Shown: positions 1 to 9,500 of the stretch, piece after piece
Position numbering within the stretch: the stretch's first letter is position 1
Layout: each line of letters opens with the position of its first letter
Source of the DNA: Alteraurantiacibacter sp.
GTDB taxonomy: Bacteria > Pseudomonadota > Alphaproteobacteria > Sphingomonadales > Sphingomonadaceae
NCBI GenBank assembly: GCA_963675825.2
Contig: CAXXJY010000003.1
Location: 28,929 to 92,928, forward strand
DNA length: 64,000 bases
Reading direction: 5' to 3'
Position numbers and translations under genes: made by a program
Notes under the pieces: generated by a model
What the model was told of the DNA's origin: nothing
Databases searched by the model: none
What the model saw: only the letters and a program-made list of their open reading frames with translations

Positions 1-1183
1 TCTCGACTTCGGTGATCATGCCCGGAACGATGGGAAACTGCTGGCCATCCTTTTCAACATAGCTACGCTCGGTCTCGATCAGGACACGATAGTAAGCCTC
101 GCGCTCCACCTCGTCATAGATGCTGTCGGCCGAAACTTCGACGACGTTGCCGGTCAAGCCGCCATAGGTGGCAAAATCATACGCCGTCACCTTCACATTC
201 GCGGGATCGCCGACAGCCACGAAGCCGATATCACGGGGACTTACCCGGGCTTCCACCAGCAGGCGGTCGCCAACTGGCACTACCTGCATGATAGTCTCGC
301 CCGCGCCGACAAAGCCGCCCACGGTCGTAACCTGCAGGTTGTTCACGATTCCCGTGGTTGGCGAACGCAGTTCGTTGCGATCGCGCCGCGCCGCTGCGCC
401 CCTGATACTTTCTTCGTTCACCGCAATGCGCGTTTCGACTTCGCTGCGCTCGTCCAGCGCCTGCTGGCGGAAATCCAGCCGCGCGGCCTGCAGGTCCGCC
501 TGCGCTTCGCGGATGGACGCGGAAGCCCGCGCGGCAGCCTGGCGTGCTGCTGAAAGTCTGCCACGCACGTCTACCAGTTCGCGCCGAGCGGTAAGCAGTT
601 CAGTCTGGGGCACAATGCCCTGCTGCGCCAGCGGCTCCAGCATCGTTACCTGCTCTTGTGCCAACGTTACGCTTTCCTGCAACGATGCTGCCGTGGCTTC
701 TGCCTCTCGCAAATCACGGCGCCGCTGCTCCACCGCAGCTGACAGGGCTGCCTCGCGGCTGCGCGCCGTGGCCAGGCGGGCGCGCTGGAGTCGTGCCTCT
801 TCAGCGCAGACCGACCCGGGTTCGCAGCCCATCTGGGAGCCTACGGCCTCCCCTTCCAACCGCTCTGCCCTGACGGCAAGGCGCGCGTTTTCCGCTTCAA
901 GCTGTCCCAGTTCCGAAGCCGCCAGACTGTCATCCAGCCGGACCAGCACCTGGCCTTCTTCCACGCTCTCACCGCTCCGCACCAGAATTTCGGCAATGAC
1001 CGATGGCTCGGCGGGTTGCACCAGTTGTGCCTGGCTCGACGGGATTACCCGGCCCTGCCCGCGCGTGATCTCGTCAACCTGTGCAAGGCTGGCCCAGATC
1101 ACGAGCAAGATGATCGCCCCGGCAGAAATTGCAATCAGCTTGCGGTTCGCATCCCAACTCGCGAACCGTTCCTTCAGGCTCAT
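1..1183 (-). CDS. HlyD-family type I secretion membrane-fusion (periplasmic adaptor) protein; 3' end lies beyond the window start
   Basis: Absent from the ORF track because it leaves the window. Hand translation from ATG 1183-1181 gives MSLKERFASWDANRKLIAISAGAIILLVIWASLAQVDEITRGQGRVIPSSQAQLVQPAEPSVIAEILVRSGESVEEGQVLVRLDDSLAASELGQLEAENARL... It has a short N-terminus, one TM helix, then the lipoyl-like/coiled-coil pattern of HlyD/LapC adaptors. Its start overlaps the upstream ORF's stop as ATGA. The plus-strand ORF 168-1448 is its antisense shadow. Confidence 0.85.
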   Translation of the reverse strand, partial: MSLKERFASWDANRKLIAISAGAIILLVIWASLAQVDEITRGQGRVIPSSQAQLVQPAEPSVIAEILVRSGESVEEGQVLVRLDDSLAASELGQLEAENARLAVRAERLEGEAVGSQMGCEPGSVCAEEARLQRARLATARSREAALSAAVEQRRRDLREAEATAASLQESVTLAQEQVTMLEPLAQQGIVPQTELLTARRELVDVRGRLSAARQAAARASASIREAQADLQAARLDFRQQALDERSEVETRIAVNEESIRGAAARRDRNELRSPTTGIVNNLQVTTVGGFVGAGETIMQVVPVGDRLLVEARVSPRDIGFVAVGDPANVKVTAYDFATYGGLTGNVVEVSADSIYDEVEREAYYRVLIETERSYVEKDGQQFPIVPGMITEVE

Positions 1184-2205
1184 GGTCGCGTGCTCCCGGC
1201 AAGCTGCGGCGCAAGGGCCTGCAACTGCTGGTCTTCCAATGCCGCACGATAGCCGCTGCTGGCGGTGGTCGGATCGGGAATCGACAGCGTCCAGCCCGTG
1301 GACGTATCCAGACGCCCGCCAACGTCATTGTCCGCTCGACGATCGGTTATGTCGCGCGGTTGATCGGCCATCGCCTGCGTTCCCATGTCGTCACCAAGCT
1401 CTTCCGCATCAGCCTGTGCATACCGTGCAGGGTCGAATGTCGGCTTGAACTCGCGACCGTTCCAGTGCGCGCTAAAATTGGCCGAACGCCCTGCGCGGCC
1501 CGGCAGGCGATAGAATATGTGCCGCCCTTCCACGTGAACCTTCTCCAGCCGGTAAGCCCAGTAGGGCAGGACGTAATCGGCATGATAGTGCGTCGCCGTT
1601 CCCACGCGTTCCTCCACATAACCATCAAGGGCCGCGCGTGCGACGACGCGCGACTGTCGCCAGAGGTCAGGCAGCGGCATGCGCGCAAGGGCTCCATCGC
1701 ACGTGTAGCTGAACTGACACACAGGATCGCGCCACCCCTGATAGATCACACCGCATACCGAGGATGGATAGGCCGGGTGTGCCACGCGATTAAGGATTAC
1801 CTGGGCCACGCCGCGTTTTCCCGCGACGCTCTCGTTGGCGGCCTCGAAATAGATCGCCTCAGTCATGCAATCGAGCGCGGTGGCATAGCTGGCGGACTGC
1901 GCCGAGATGCTGCGAAAGGGGGCCATGCGGTCGCTCAGCCTTGCAGCGAACGGAATGCCGGCGTTGCGCACCTGCGCAGACTGCTCGTCCTGGTCGATCA
2001 GGGCGGTTCCTGGCACCGTGTAATTCCGGAGTTCGAGCGCGAGCGCGTTCGCCCGATCCTGCTGCGCATGCCGATCGGCCAGGCTGATGCCTACCGCAAC
2101 GGGCATGCTGGGGGCGGAAAGGAAGACCAGCGCCGCCCCGCCCAGGATCATTCGAGACAGGTCGGCGGGCGCAATGCGAAATCGGGCCAGGAGAGCTTTC
2201 AGCAT
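1180..2205 (-). CDS. SleB-like cell wall hydrolase (Hydrolase_2-type) with N-terminal membrane anchor
   Basis: 341 aa. The N-terminus has a hydrophobic segment (MILGGAALVFLSAPSMPVAV). The core reads ALDCMTEAIYFEAANESVAGKRGVAQVILNRVAHPAYPSSVCGVIYQGW...QFSYTCDG...THYHADYVLPYWA, which matches my memory of SleB/CwlJ-type hydrolases. The ATG at 2205 lies 4 nt after the ABC gene's stop. The stop TGA (1182-1180) overlaps the adaptor gene's ATG. Confidence 0.8.
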   Translation of the reverse strand: MLKALLARFRIAPADLSRMILGGAALVFLSAPSMPVAVGISLADRHAQQDRANALALELRNYTVPGTALIDQDEQSAQVRNAGIPFAARLSDRMAPFRSISAQSASYATALDCMTEAIYFEAANESVAGKRGVAQVILNRVAHPAYPSSVCGVIYQGWRDPVCQFSYTCDGALARMPLPDLWRQSRVVARAALDGYVEERVGTATHYHADYVLPYWAYRLEKVHVEGRHIFYRLPGRAGRSANFSAHWNGREFKPTFDPARYAQADAEELGDDMGTQAMADQPRDITDRRADNDVGGRLDTSTGWTLSIPDPTTASSGYRAALEDQQLQALAPQLAGSTRP

Positions 2206-2209
2206 GGCG

Positions 2210-4345
2210 CTAACCCGCCTTTCCCGGCAGGTTCTGCAGGATCTCGGCCTTGGGGCCGTCAGCCACGATCCGACCGTTGTTCAGAACGATGATGCGGTCG
2301 CAAATCTCGAACAACGCCGGTCGGTGCGTGGCCACCACCAGAGTCTGCCTCTCGCCGATGGTCTCACGCAACCGCGCCACCAGCTGGCTTTCGGTGTTGG
2401 CGTCCATCGCCCCTGTGGGTTCATCCAGGAACAGCAGCTCGAACGGCGACACGAATGCTCGAGACAGAGCCAGAAATGCGCGCTGGCCACCCGAAAGGCG
2501 CCGACCTTGCTCACCCACTTCCCGATCGAACCCGGCTGCATCACGTGCCAGGAATGCATCCGCCCCGCTCTTGCCGAGCGCAGCGATGACGTCTTCGTCG
2601 CTCGCCCCGGGAGCCCCGAGGGCGATATTCTCGCGCACGCTGCCGGTAAACAGGTTGGCGTCCTGGCCAACGAAGCGGAAAGCCCGGCGCATTTCGGACG
2701 GACGGAACTGGCGACTGTCGATCCCCTCGATGGTTAGCGCCCCATCCGTTGGCGGGTAGAGACCGCACAAAATCCGGCCGAGCGTGGACTTCCCCGACGC
2801 AACACGGCCAACCACCGCGATGCGTTCACCCGGTTCAATCGTCAGGTCGAGATGTTCCAGCGAATTCACCGGACTATCCGGATAGGCGAAGGACAGGTTT
2901 TCAAGCGCAATCCTGTAGCCTGCCGCTTTTGCAGGAGGCAGCGACATGCTCCCCGCCTGACGTTCATCCTCGCCTTCGAACAGGGCCTCGATCGAATCGA
3001 GCGCTTCGCGCGCTTGCCTGCCGCGCGTAAGCAGGAACGCGATCTGTCCTGCAGGTGCCAGCGACCGCGATGCCAGCATGACGATGGCGATGATCGCACC
3101 CATGGTAATCTCGCCAGCGGCGAAGAGATAATAGCCGCCAATCACCAGCGAGACGCTGGATATCTGCTGGAACGACGAAGCAAGGGCAATGGCTGTCGAA
3201 GAAATGCGACGCAGGCGCAGCTGTGAATTGCTGCCGACCTGCGCCAGCGAATGCCACTTGCCCAGCAACCGTCGTTCGCCGGACACGCTTTTCAGCGTTT
3301 CCATGCCGGCAATCGATTCCACCAGCACAGTCTGCTGCAGCCCCATGTCTGCCTGGGCATCGCGTGCGGCATCTGTCACCTTGCGTTGCAGCACCAGGCC
3401 CGCAATTGCCATCAGGATCATTGCCGCCAGCGGCACCAGCGCCAACCATTTGGCAATATAGGCGATCACGGCGATAAACAGGAAAAGGAAGGCCAGATCG
3501 ACCACGAGCACGATGGTGGTGGAGGCAAAGAAATCACGCACTAGCGCATATTCACTAACCCGCGCCGCCAGCGCGCCGGTGCTGCCGCGCCGCCCGCTCA
3601 TGGGCGTCGAGAGCACGCGCGAGAACAGCTTCTGCGACAATCGCAGGTCAAGTTTGCGACCGATCTGATCGACAACATTAGTGCGTGCCCTGCGCAGCGC
3701 GAATTCAAGCGCAAAGGCCAGCAGCACTCCGGTTGCCAGCACCCACAGCGACGCTTCCGCACGATTGGGAATGACCCGGTCGTAAACGTTCATGGAAAAG
3801 ATCGGCAACGACAACGCCAGCGTGTTGATAATCAGCGAGGCGAGCAGCACCGGGCGGAATGCCTTGCGTTCCTTGCGCAGTTCCGACCAGAACCAGTGAT
3901 ATCGACCCTTCGCATGCCACGGGGCATCTTGTTCACGCAGGCGATCGGAATTGGCGACGACGGTGATCAGTTCGCCGCAAAACTCCTCTTCGACTTCGCC
4001 GATGGGCCGCCAACTGGCTTCTTCCGCATCCGCCGGGAAGACCAGCAGATCAGATCCGGAAATCTCCAGGATCGGAAGCGCTGCACCTTCGTCCATGCGA
4101 GCGATCGCCGGATAGGCATCGGGCCCGCGCGGCAGCTTCCGGCCAGTTGCGGTTTCGTGGTTCATGCCCGCAAGGTCCAACGCCGCCGACGCTTGGTGAA
4201 AAGGCAGCAGACCCGCTTCGTTGCGGGGCAAGGTATCGAAGAGCGCCTTCGGATCAGGCAAGCCAAAATGCGCGGCAAGCCGGGTCAGGGCCAGAACCAG
4301 CGTGTCTTTCTCAACTGATCCGGAGAAGTCTCCTGACTGATACAC
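2210..4345 (-). CDS. Type I secretion system ABC transporter (permease/ATPase) with an N-terminal extension of about 150 aa, possibly C39-peptidase-like
   Basis: 711 aa. GTG start with GAGGAG 9 nt upstream. Membrane domain followed by Walker A GRVASGKST, signature LSGGQR and Walker B LLFLDEP. Domain order matches HlyB/LapB-type exporters. Confidence 0.9.
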   Translation of the reverse strand: MYQSGDFSGSVEKDTLVLALTRLAAHFGLPDPKALFDTLPRNEAGLLPFHQASAALDLAGMNHETATGRKLPRGPDAYPAIARMDEGAALPILEISGSDLLVFPADAEEASWRPIGEVEEEFCGELITVVANSDRLREQDAPWHAKGRYHWFWSELRKERKAFRPVLLASLIINTLALSLPIFSMNVYDRVIPNRAEASLWVLATGVLLAFALEFALRRARTNVVDQIGRKLDLRLSQKLFSRVLSTPMSGRRGSTGALAARVSEYALVRDFFASTTIVLVVDLAFLFLFIAVIAYIAKWLALVPLAAMILMAIAGLVLQRKVTDAARDAQADMGLQQTVLVESIAGMETLKSVSGERRLLGKWHSLAQVGSNSQLRLRRISSTAIALASSFQQISSVSLVIGGYYLFAAGEITMGAIIAIVMLASRSLAPAGQIAFLLTRGRQAREALDSIEALFEGEDERQAGSMSLPPAKAAGYRIALENLSFAYPDSPVNSLEHLDLTIEPGERIAVVGRVASGKSTLGRILCGLYPPTDGALTIEGIDSRQFRPSEMRRAFRFVGQDANLFTGSVRENIALGAPGASDEDVIAALGKSGADAFLARDAAGFDREVGEQGRRLSGGQRAFLALSRAFVSPFELLFLDEPTGAMDANTESQLVARLRETIGERQTLVVATHRPALFEICDRIIVLNNGRIVADGPKAEILQNLPGKAG

Positions 4346-4374
4346 GCTTTATGCTCCTCGGTCGTCGCCAACCG

Positions 4375-5772
4375 CTAGCGCGGATAGCGACGCCGATGCA
4401 ATTCTGCTGGCACAGGTGGCCCATAATCGAACCGTTCGCGCTCCATCATGCCAGCACCTGCGCCTGGTGACAGATCAAGCGCATCAAGGAACTGATTGGT
4501 TGCTGCCAACACCTGATACTGGGCGAAAATCTCGGAAAAGCGGGAAGTTTCGCGACGCACCTGGGTGTTGAACCGCGTATTCTGCGCATCAAGCACATCA
4601 AGCAGCGAGCGACGACCGATATTGAACTGGCTGCGATAGGAAAGCAGCAGGTCATCACTCACCTGCGACTGACGTTCGAGCGCCGAACCGATCGTCTGCT
4701 GGGCTGCCATTGCCGTCCAGGCATTGGTTACATCCTCTTCGGCTTCGCGCACGCGATCATGCAGGCGATAGCGGGCCTCGCTCGCGCGGCGGACCATTTC
4801 CTGCACCTGAGCGGCGCGGCGACCGCCATCGAAAAGCTGCCAGCGCACATAGACCCGTCCCTGGACATCGTTGGTTTCACCCTGAAACCCATCGATATCG
4901 TCACCGATGCGCCCGGTCAGGTCGACGCCGATTTCCGGCGCAAGCTCGCCACGCGCGGACATGACCATTGCATTGGATGCATCCACGTCTGCCTGGGCCT
5001 CGCGGACAAGCGGGTTGTTCGTCCGCGCCATGCCGATGGCGGCTTCCTCGCTGGCGGGCAGCATCGACGCCATGGCTGGCGGCAGGTTTACCCGCGAAAT
5101 GTCGAGCCCGGTCAGGCGGCGCAGCGAGGTGCGCGCATTTTGCAAGTCTTCCTCGGCTTCGGCATGCAGCACCATGGCCGCCTGCAATCGTTCTTCCGCC
5201 TGCTGCAAGTCAGCGACGCTGATCGATCCTTGCTGCACGCCTTCGGAGAGGCTGGACGTCATTTGCTGGTGGAAGACGACGTTGTCCGTTGCTGCAGCGA
5301 CAATCCGTTCCTGCAGCAGGAGGTTCAGATACTGCCGCGCCACCTGCAGTGCGATGAATTCCGAACGCTCGACCACGCGCAGGGACGCACCATCTACCCG
5401 CGCAGCCTGCCGCAGCAATTCACCACGGCGCCTGCCAAAGTCGATTACAGTCCAATCCAGCCTTGCCCGTGCTTCAAGCGGGTTCAGCCAGTCATCGGCA
5501 ATGTTGAGCGCGCGCCGAGTGGTGTTTTCCAGCCTGCGCACACCAGCTGATGCTTCCACATCAATCGTCGGAAAATACAGCGACTGCGCCTGCTCGCGCT
5601 CGAACTGGATTGCCTCGGTGTTCATCTGCGCCTGGATGACTTCGGGGTTCGAGGCGATGGCAGTTTCAATTGCATCGCGCATCGAGACCGCGCCACCATC
5701 GCTTTGTGCCATTGCTACAGGTGAGCAGGTTGTCAGGGCAACGGCGATTACGATCTTGCCAAAAGCATTCAT
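4375..5772 (-). CDS. TolC-family outer membrane efflux/type I secretion protein
   Basis: The track ORF is 4375-5787 and begins at a TTG. I prefer the ATG at 5772, which gives MNAFGKIVIAVALTTCSPVAMAQS as a signal peptide. The N-terminal pattern MRDAIETAIASNPEVIQAQ...EQAQSLYFPTIDVEASAG is TolC-like, and the protein is about 465 aa. Confidence 0.85.
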   Translation of the reverse strand: MNAFGKIVIAVALTTCSPVAMAQSDGGAVSMRDAIETAIASNPEVIQAQMNTEAIQFEREQAQSLYFPTIDVEASAGVRRLENTTRRALNIADDWLNPLEARARLDWTVIDFGRRRGELLRQAARVDGASLRVVERSEFIALQVARQYLNLLLQERIVAAATDNVVFHQQMTSSLSEGVQQGSISVADLQQAEERLQAAMVLHAEAEEDLQNARTSLRRLTGLDISRVNLPPAMASMLPASEEAAIGMARTNNPLVREAQADVDASNAMVMSARGELAPEIGVDLTGRIGDDIDGFQGETNDVQGRVYVRWQLFDGGRRAAQVQEMVRRASEARYRLHDRVREAEEDVTNAWTAMAAQQTIGSALERQSQVSDDLLLSYRSQFNIGRRSLLDVLDAQNTRFNTQVRRETSRFSEIFAQYQVLAATNQFLDALDLSPGAGAGMMERERFDYGPPVPAELHRRRYPR

Positions 5773-5787
5773 CTTCTCATCCCCCAA

Positions 5788-6522
5788 CTAGTCAGCCGAA
5801 ATCTCGACCCGGCGATTCTGCGGGCTTCGCGTACCATCAGCCAATGGCACCCGAGGTTCGCTCTCGCCCCTTGCAGCGACGTCGATACGGACCCCGCCGA
5901 TATTCCTGCTGCGCAAGGAAGCAGCCACGGCATCCGCGCGTTCCTGCGACAGCGCAATGTTGTAGGCATCACTGCCCGCCTGATCGGTGTGGCCGACGAC
6001 GGTCAGCGCTGTCCAACCGCAGACCGAGATGTTTTGCGCCACGGAATTCAGGATCGGCTCTGCATCAGGACGGAGAGTGGCTTCGTCGAAGTCGAAGAAC
6101 ACCATGCCCACGATGGCATCATCGCAAAGCTCCGGGCGTTGCTGCGGCGGCGGTGGCGGCGGAATGACCGTTGCCACGGGCGGAGCCGACACATCGTTCA
6201 TCCGATCGAACGCCTCAGCGCACTTGCCGATGCTGGTTTCATCGCGGGTGGATGATTCCATGAAGCCAAGCGCGATGCCGCACTGGACCTTCGTTTCGAG
6301 CGCCCAGAGGTAGCGCGGATCATCCGCAGCGATAAAACTGTTATCCAGAGAAGCCGCCAGCCCGGCTTGGTAACGCCGGTCAAGTTCACCCACCAAGGCA
6401 GAATCGCCAAGAGCCATTAGCTCTGCCGTATCCTGCGATTGCGCCTGCGCCGCCGGGCTGGAAACGATGAGTATTGCCCCTGCCAAACCGGTCAAGGCGG
6501 TCAACGAACGTAGCTTACGCAT
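5788..6522 (-). CDS. OmpA-C-like peptidoglycan-binding protein with signal peptide
   Basis: 244 aa. Signal peptide MRKLRSLTALTGLAGAILIVSSPAAQAQ, a proline-rich linker PPPPPPQQRP, and a C-terminal OmpA-like motif VVGHTDQAGSDAYNIALSQERADAVAASL...NRRVEISAD. GGGGGA lies 7 nt upstream of the ATG, 14 nt after the adhesin gene's stop. Confidence 0.85.
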   Translation of the reverse strand: MRKLRSLTALTGLAGAILIVSSPAAQAQSQDTAELMALGDSALVGELDRRYQAGLAASLDNSFIAADDPRYLWALETKVQCGIALGFMESSTRDETSIGKCAEAFDRMNDVSAPPVATVIPPPPPPQQRPELCDDAIVGMVFFDFDEATLRPDAEPILNSVAQNISVCGWTALTVVGHTDQAGSDAYNIALSQERADAVAASLRSRNIGGVRIDVAARGESEPRVPLADGTRSPQNRRVEISAD

Positions 6523-6536
6523 TGCAAATCCCCCAA

Positions 6537-9500
6537 TTAACCATGTGATAGAGCAAGTTCGGCACCGTCGTCCACGGAAACTTCGTTAATGCCCGGCACC
6601 ATGGTTATTGCGGAACCACCGATATCCAAGCCCAGGATTTCGGAAATCTGGTCTGTCACGATTTCCGCTGCTGCCACATGACCGTCAGACGGTTGATCCT
6701 CGAACTGCTGCACCAGCGCATCGACTGCACCTTCCGCCAGCACGTCAGCGATGGCTTGCTTGGCAGCGGCACCGTTCATGGCATCCGGGGCGCGCGAAGG
6801 AACGGCATCACCGATGATGAGCAAGGCTTCCATCATGCCTGCAGCTGCCATATCCGGTCCTGCGAAGGAAATGGCGGCAGGCTCCGGCGCGATGTCGGCA
6901 ACCGGTGCCTCTGGCGGAGCAGCGCCATCTACCGCGCCGCCGCCGTCCAGCGGATTGGAAAGGGTTTCCATCGCGTTCGATGTGCTAGAGGACTGCGGAC
7001 CAGATGCGGTCCCGCTTGCCGTGCCTTCCCCACCCAGCAGGACCGGGGTCGCAAAGCCATGGAAGGCAGCTGCATCAAGCATAAGGGAATTCTGCCCTGA
7101 GACCGCCCAGCCTGCATTGACCGAAGACAATCCGTCGATCGAGAAGGCCGGCATTTCGAACGCGGCCGCTGCTTGCGGCATGCCCGCCAGGAAGCCCGCC
7201 ATCGCAGCAGACACAATCGCGCTGTCCGACAAGCGGTTTTCCAGCATGGACATCAGGTTGCCATTGGTCTGGTCACTGCTAGCCTGGCCCAATACTGCAT
7301 CGGCAGAAGCCCGAAGCAGAGCCTCGTCCTGCGTTCCAAATTTGACTTCGTCGCCCGTTTCGAAGGCAGCATCAGAGACCAATCCGACAGAACCATCGGC
7401 CATCGTGAAGCTGGCGGTGCCAAAAACTGTCACATCGCCGTCTGCTGCACTCGTCAGGACACCGTCGGAAACCAGACTGATCGAGACAATGCCGACATCA
7501 GTCAGGCTAATGAACTCGCCATCATCCGCCACCGCATCAAGATCGGCATCAATCCACACACCGAACAGGCTATAGTCAGCGTCCGATGCATCGAGGATAC
7601 CGTCGGCATTGCTGTCAAACCGGGCAGCAACGGCCTCAAGGTCGGTGACACCGTTGCCGCCAAAGACGAATTCGGAAGCGTCGCTCACTCTGCCGTCGGC
7701 ATTGCCATCGAATGCTAGGATGGCACTGCCCTCGCCAACCCATGCGGTGGTCACCTTCACGCCGTCACCGGTGTAATCGTAGGCGATGCCTGCATCGAGG
7801 CTGCTAAAGGCATTCCCCCCACCATCAAGATCGAGAACTACCGGCGTTATGGCCGACGGCACGATTGCATCGAGGTCGGTCAGCACGACACCATCAAGCT
7901 TTATCAGGGAATCGTCGCCCTGGCTCGGGCTGCTATTGTCTTGATAATAGAGATAGGTGTCACCACCGACAACAAATGCCAGCAGGTTGTTACCTCCGCC
8001 CAAGTCGTTCGATTGGAGGTAGTCTACGGCTGCAGCCAGTTCCCCTTCCGAAGAGAGCGTCAGAGCGCTGCTGTAGGTATTGGAGTCATCAAATGTGATG
8101 ATGCCATCGGAGATCGCGTGCGACTTGATGGTCTGTCCGCCGACCGTCAGCGCGGAGTCAGTCCCGTCGCTTCCCGATGTGTTAGGAACCACCACGGCCG
8201 TTCCATCCAGCAGGATATCGTCAACACTGCTGTCGAAATCGGAAATGGTATCATAGCCGGATACCGTTCCATTATCGCCGCTGCCTGCAAGTGTTGCAGT
8301 CGAATGACCATCTTCAATTACAAAGTCATCGCTTCCCGTGCCGCCAGTAATGATGTCCGCACCATCACCGCCGATTAGGACATCATTGGCCCCGTCACGC
8401 CCAATGAGGATATCATTCCCGCTGGTACCGTCGAGAGTGGTCTCCCCGGACTGATCGCGATTTACAGTGACGAAAGCATTGTCTGTATCGCTGCCATTGC
8501 TGGCGCCGTAGGTAAAATAGCCCCCATCGCCGTCATTGTCGGTGAATGTGATAAGCCCGCTCGAGAACGATACGCTTGTAGCATCTGCACTCGAAACAAT
8601 GCTGTCGACGGCTGTACCTGCTGCGTCATTGGCCAACAGCAATTGCTCCGCAATGACGATCGGCGAGGATGCATTGGTAATGACAACATCGTTCTTGGCG
8701 AAATTGCTGGCTTCGCTCACAGCGGCGATGTCGATGCGGAGCACCGCGGTATCGGTATCACCGTCGCCGTCTACTACAACATATTGGAAATTCTCGATTT
8801 CAAGTGCCGGCGTGGTGGAGGGCTCGTAGGTCCAACTGCCGTCGGTGAAATCAAAGGTGAGTTCCCCGCCAAAGCCCGTGGTAACAGTGAATGATGTTCC
8901 AACGATTGGCGTACCGACGCTCGGCGTGATCGTGTTCACGCCGTCGAATGAATATACTACGCCATCGACTGCAATCGAAACGACATCCGTCCCGTTCGAG
9001 GCGATGACATCATTGGCCAGGACATTTCCGCTGATCGGCGGCGTTACTGCCGAGACCAACGTGTCGACCAGATCCTCAAACTCCGCTGCCAGAATGGGGG
9101 CGCCTTCACCGTCAAGATCGACATCTTGCAGGCGGTCAAGATTGATCCCGTTCCCCACACCGATTGCGGTCACGTTGACATTATTGGTGTCAATGAATGT
9201 CTGCCACTGTGCAGCCACCGAATCGAGGAGCGAGTTACCGCCGGATCCAGTCTGTTCGTTGGGGTTGCCATCGCTCAGGAAAAACACCTGGTTGCTGGCC
9301 GAACTGCTGGGCGTGAAGTCCGCCATCACCTGCTGGATGGCAGCCGTGAAATCGGTAAATCCATTGAAGCTACGGCTACCGCCAAGCTCGTTATTCAAGG
9401 AGTCTACCTCAGCCGAAAACGCCTCGAAGCTGGTGAAAGTACCTTCGGTCTGAGCGGTGCCGGAGAAAGTGATCAGCGTCACGTTCACGGTTCCACCGGT

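Noticed and set aside
168-1448. A 426-aa plus-strand ORF at the left edge
   Set aside because: It is Ala/Ser/Arg-rich and featureless, and it is antisense to a convincing HlyD-family gene and the end of the SleB-like gene.
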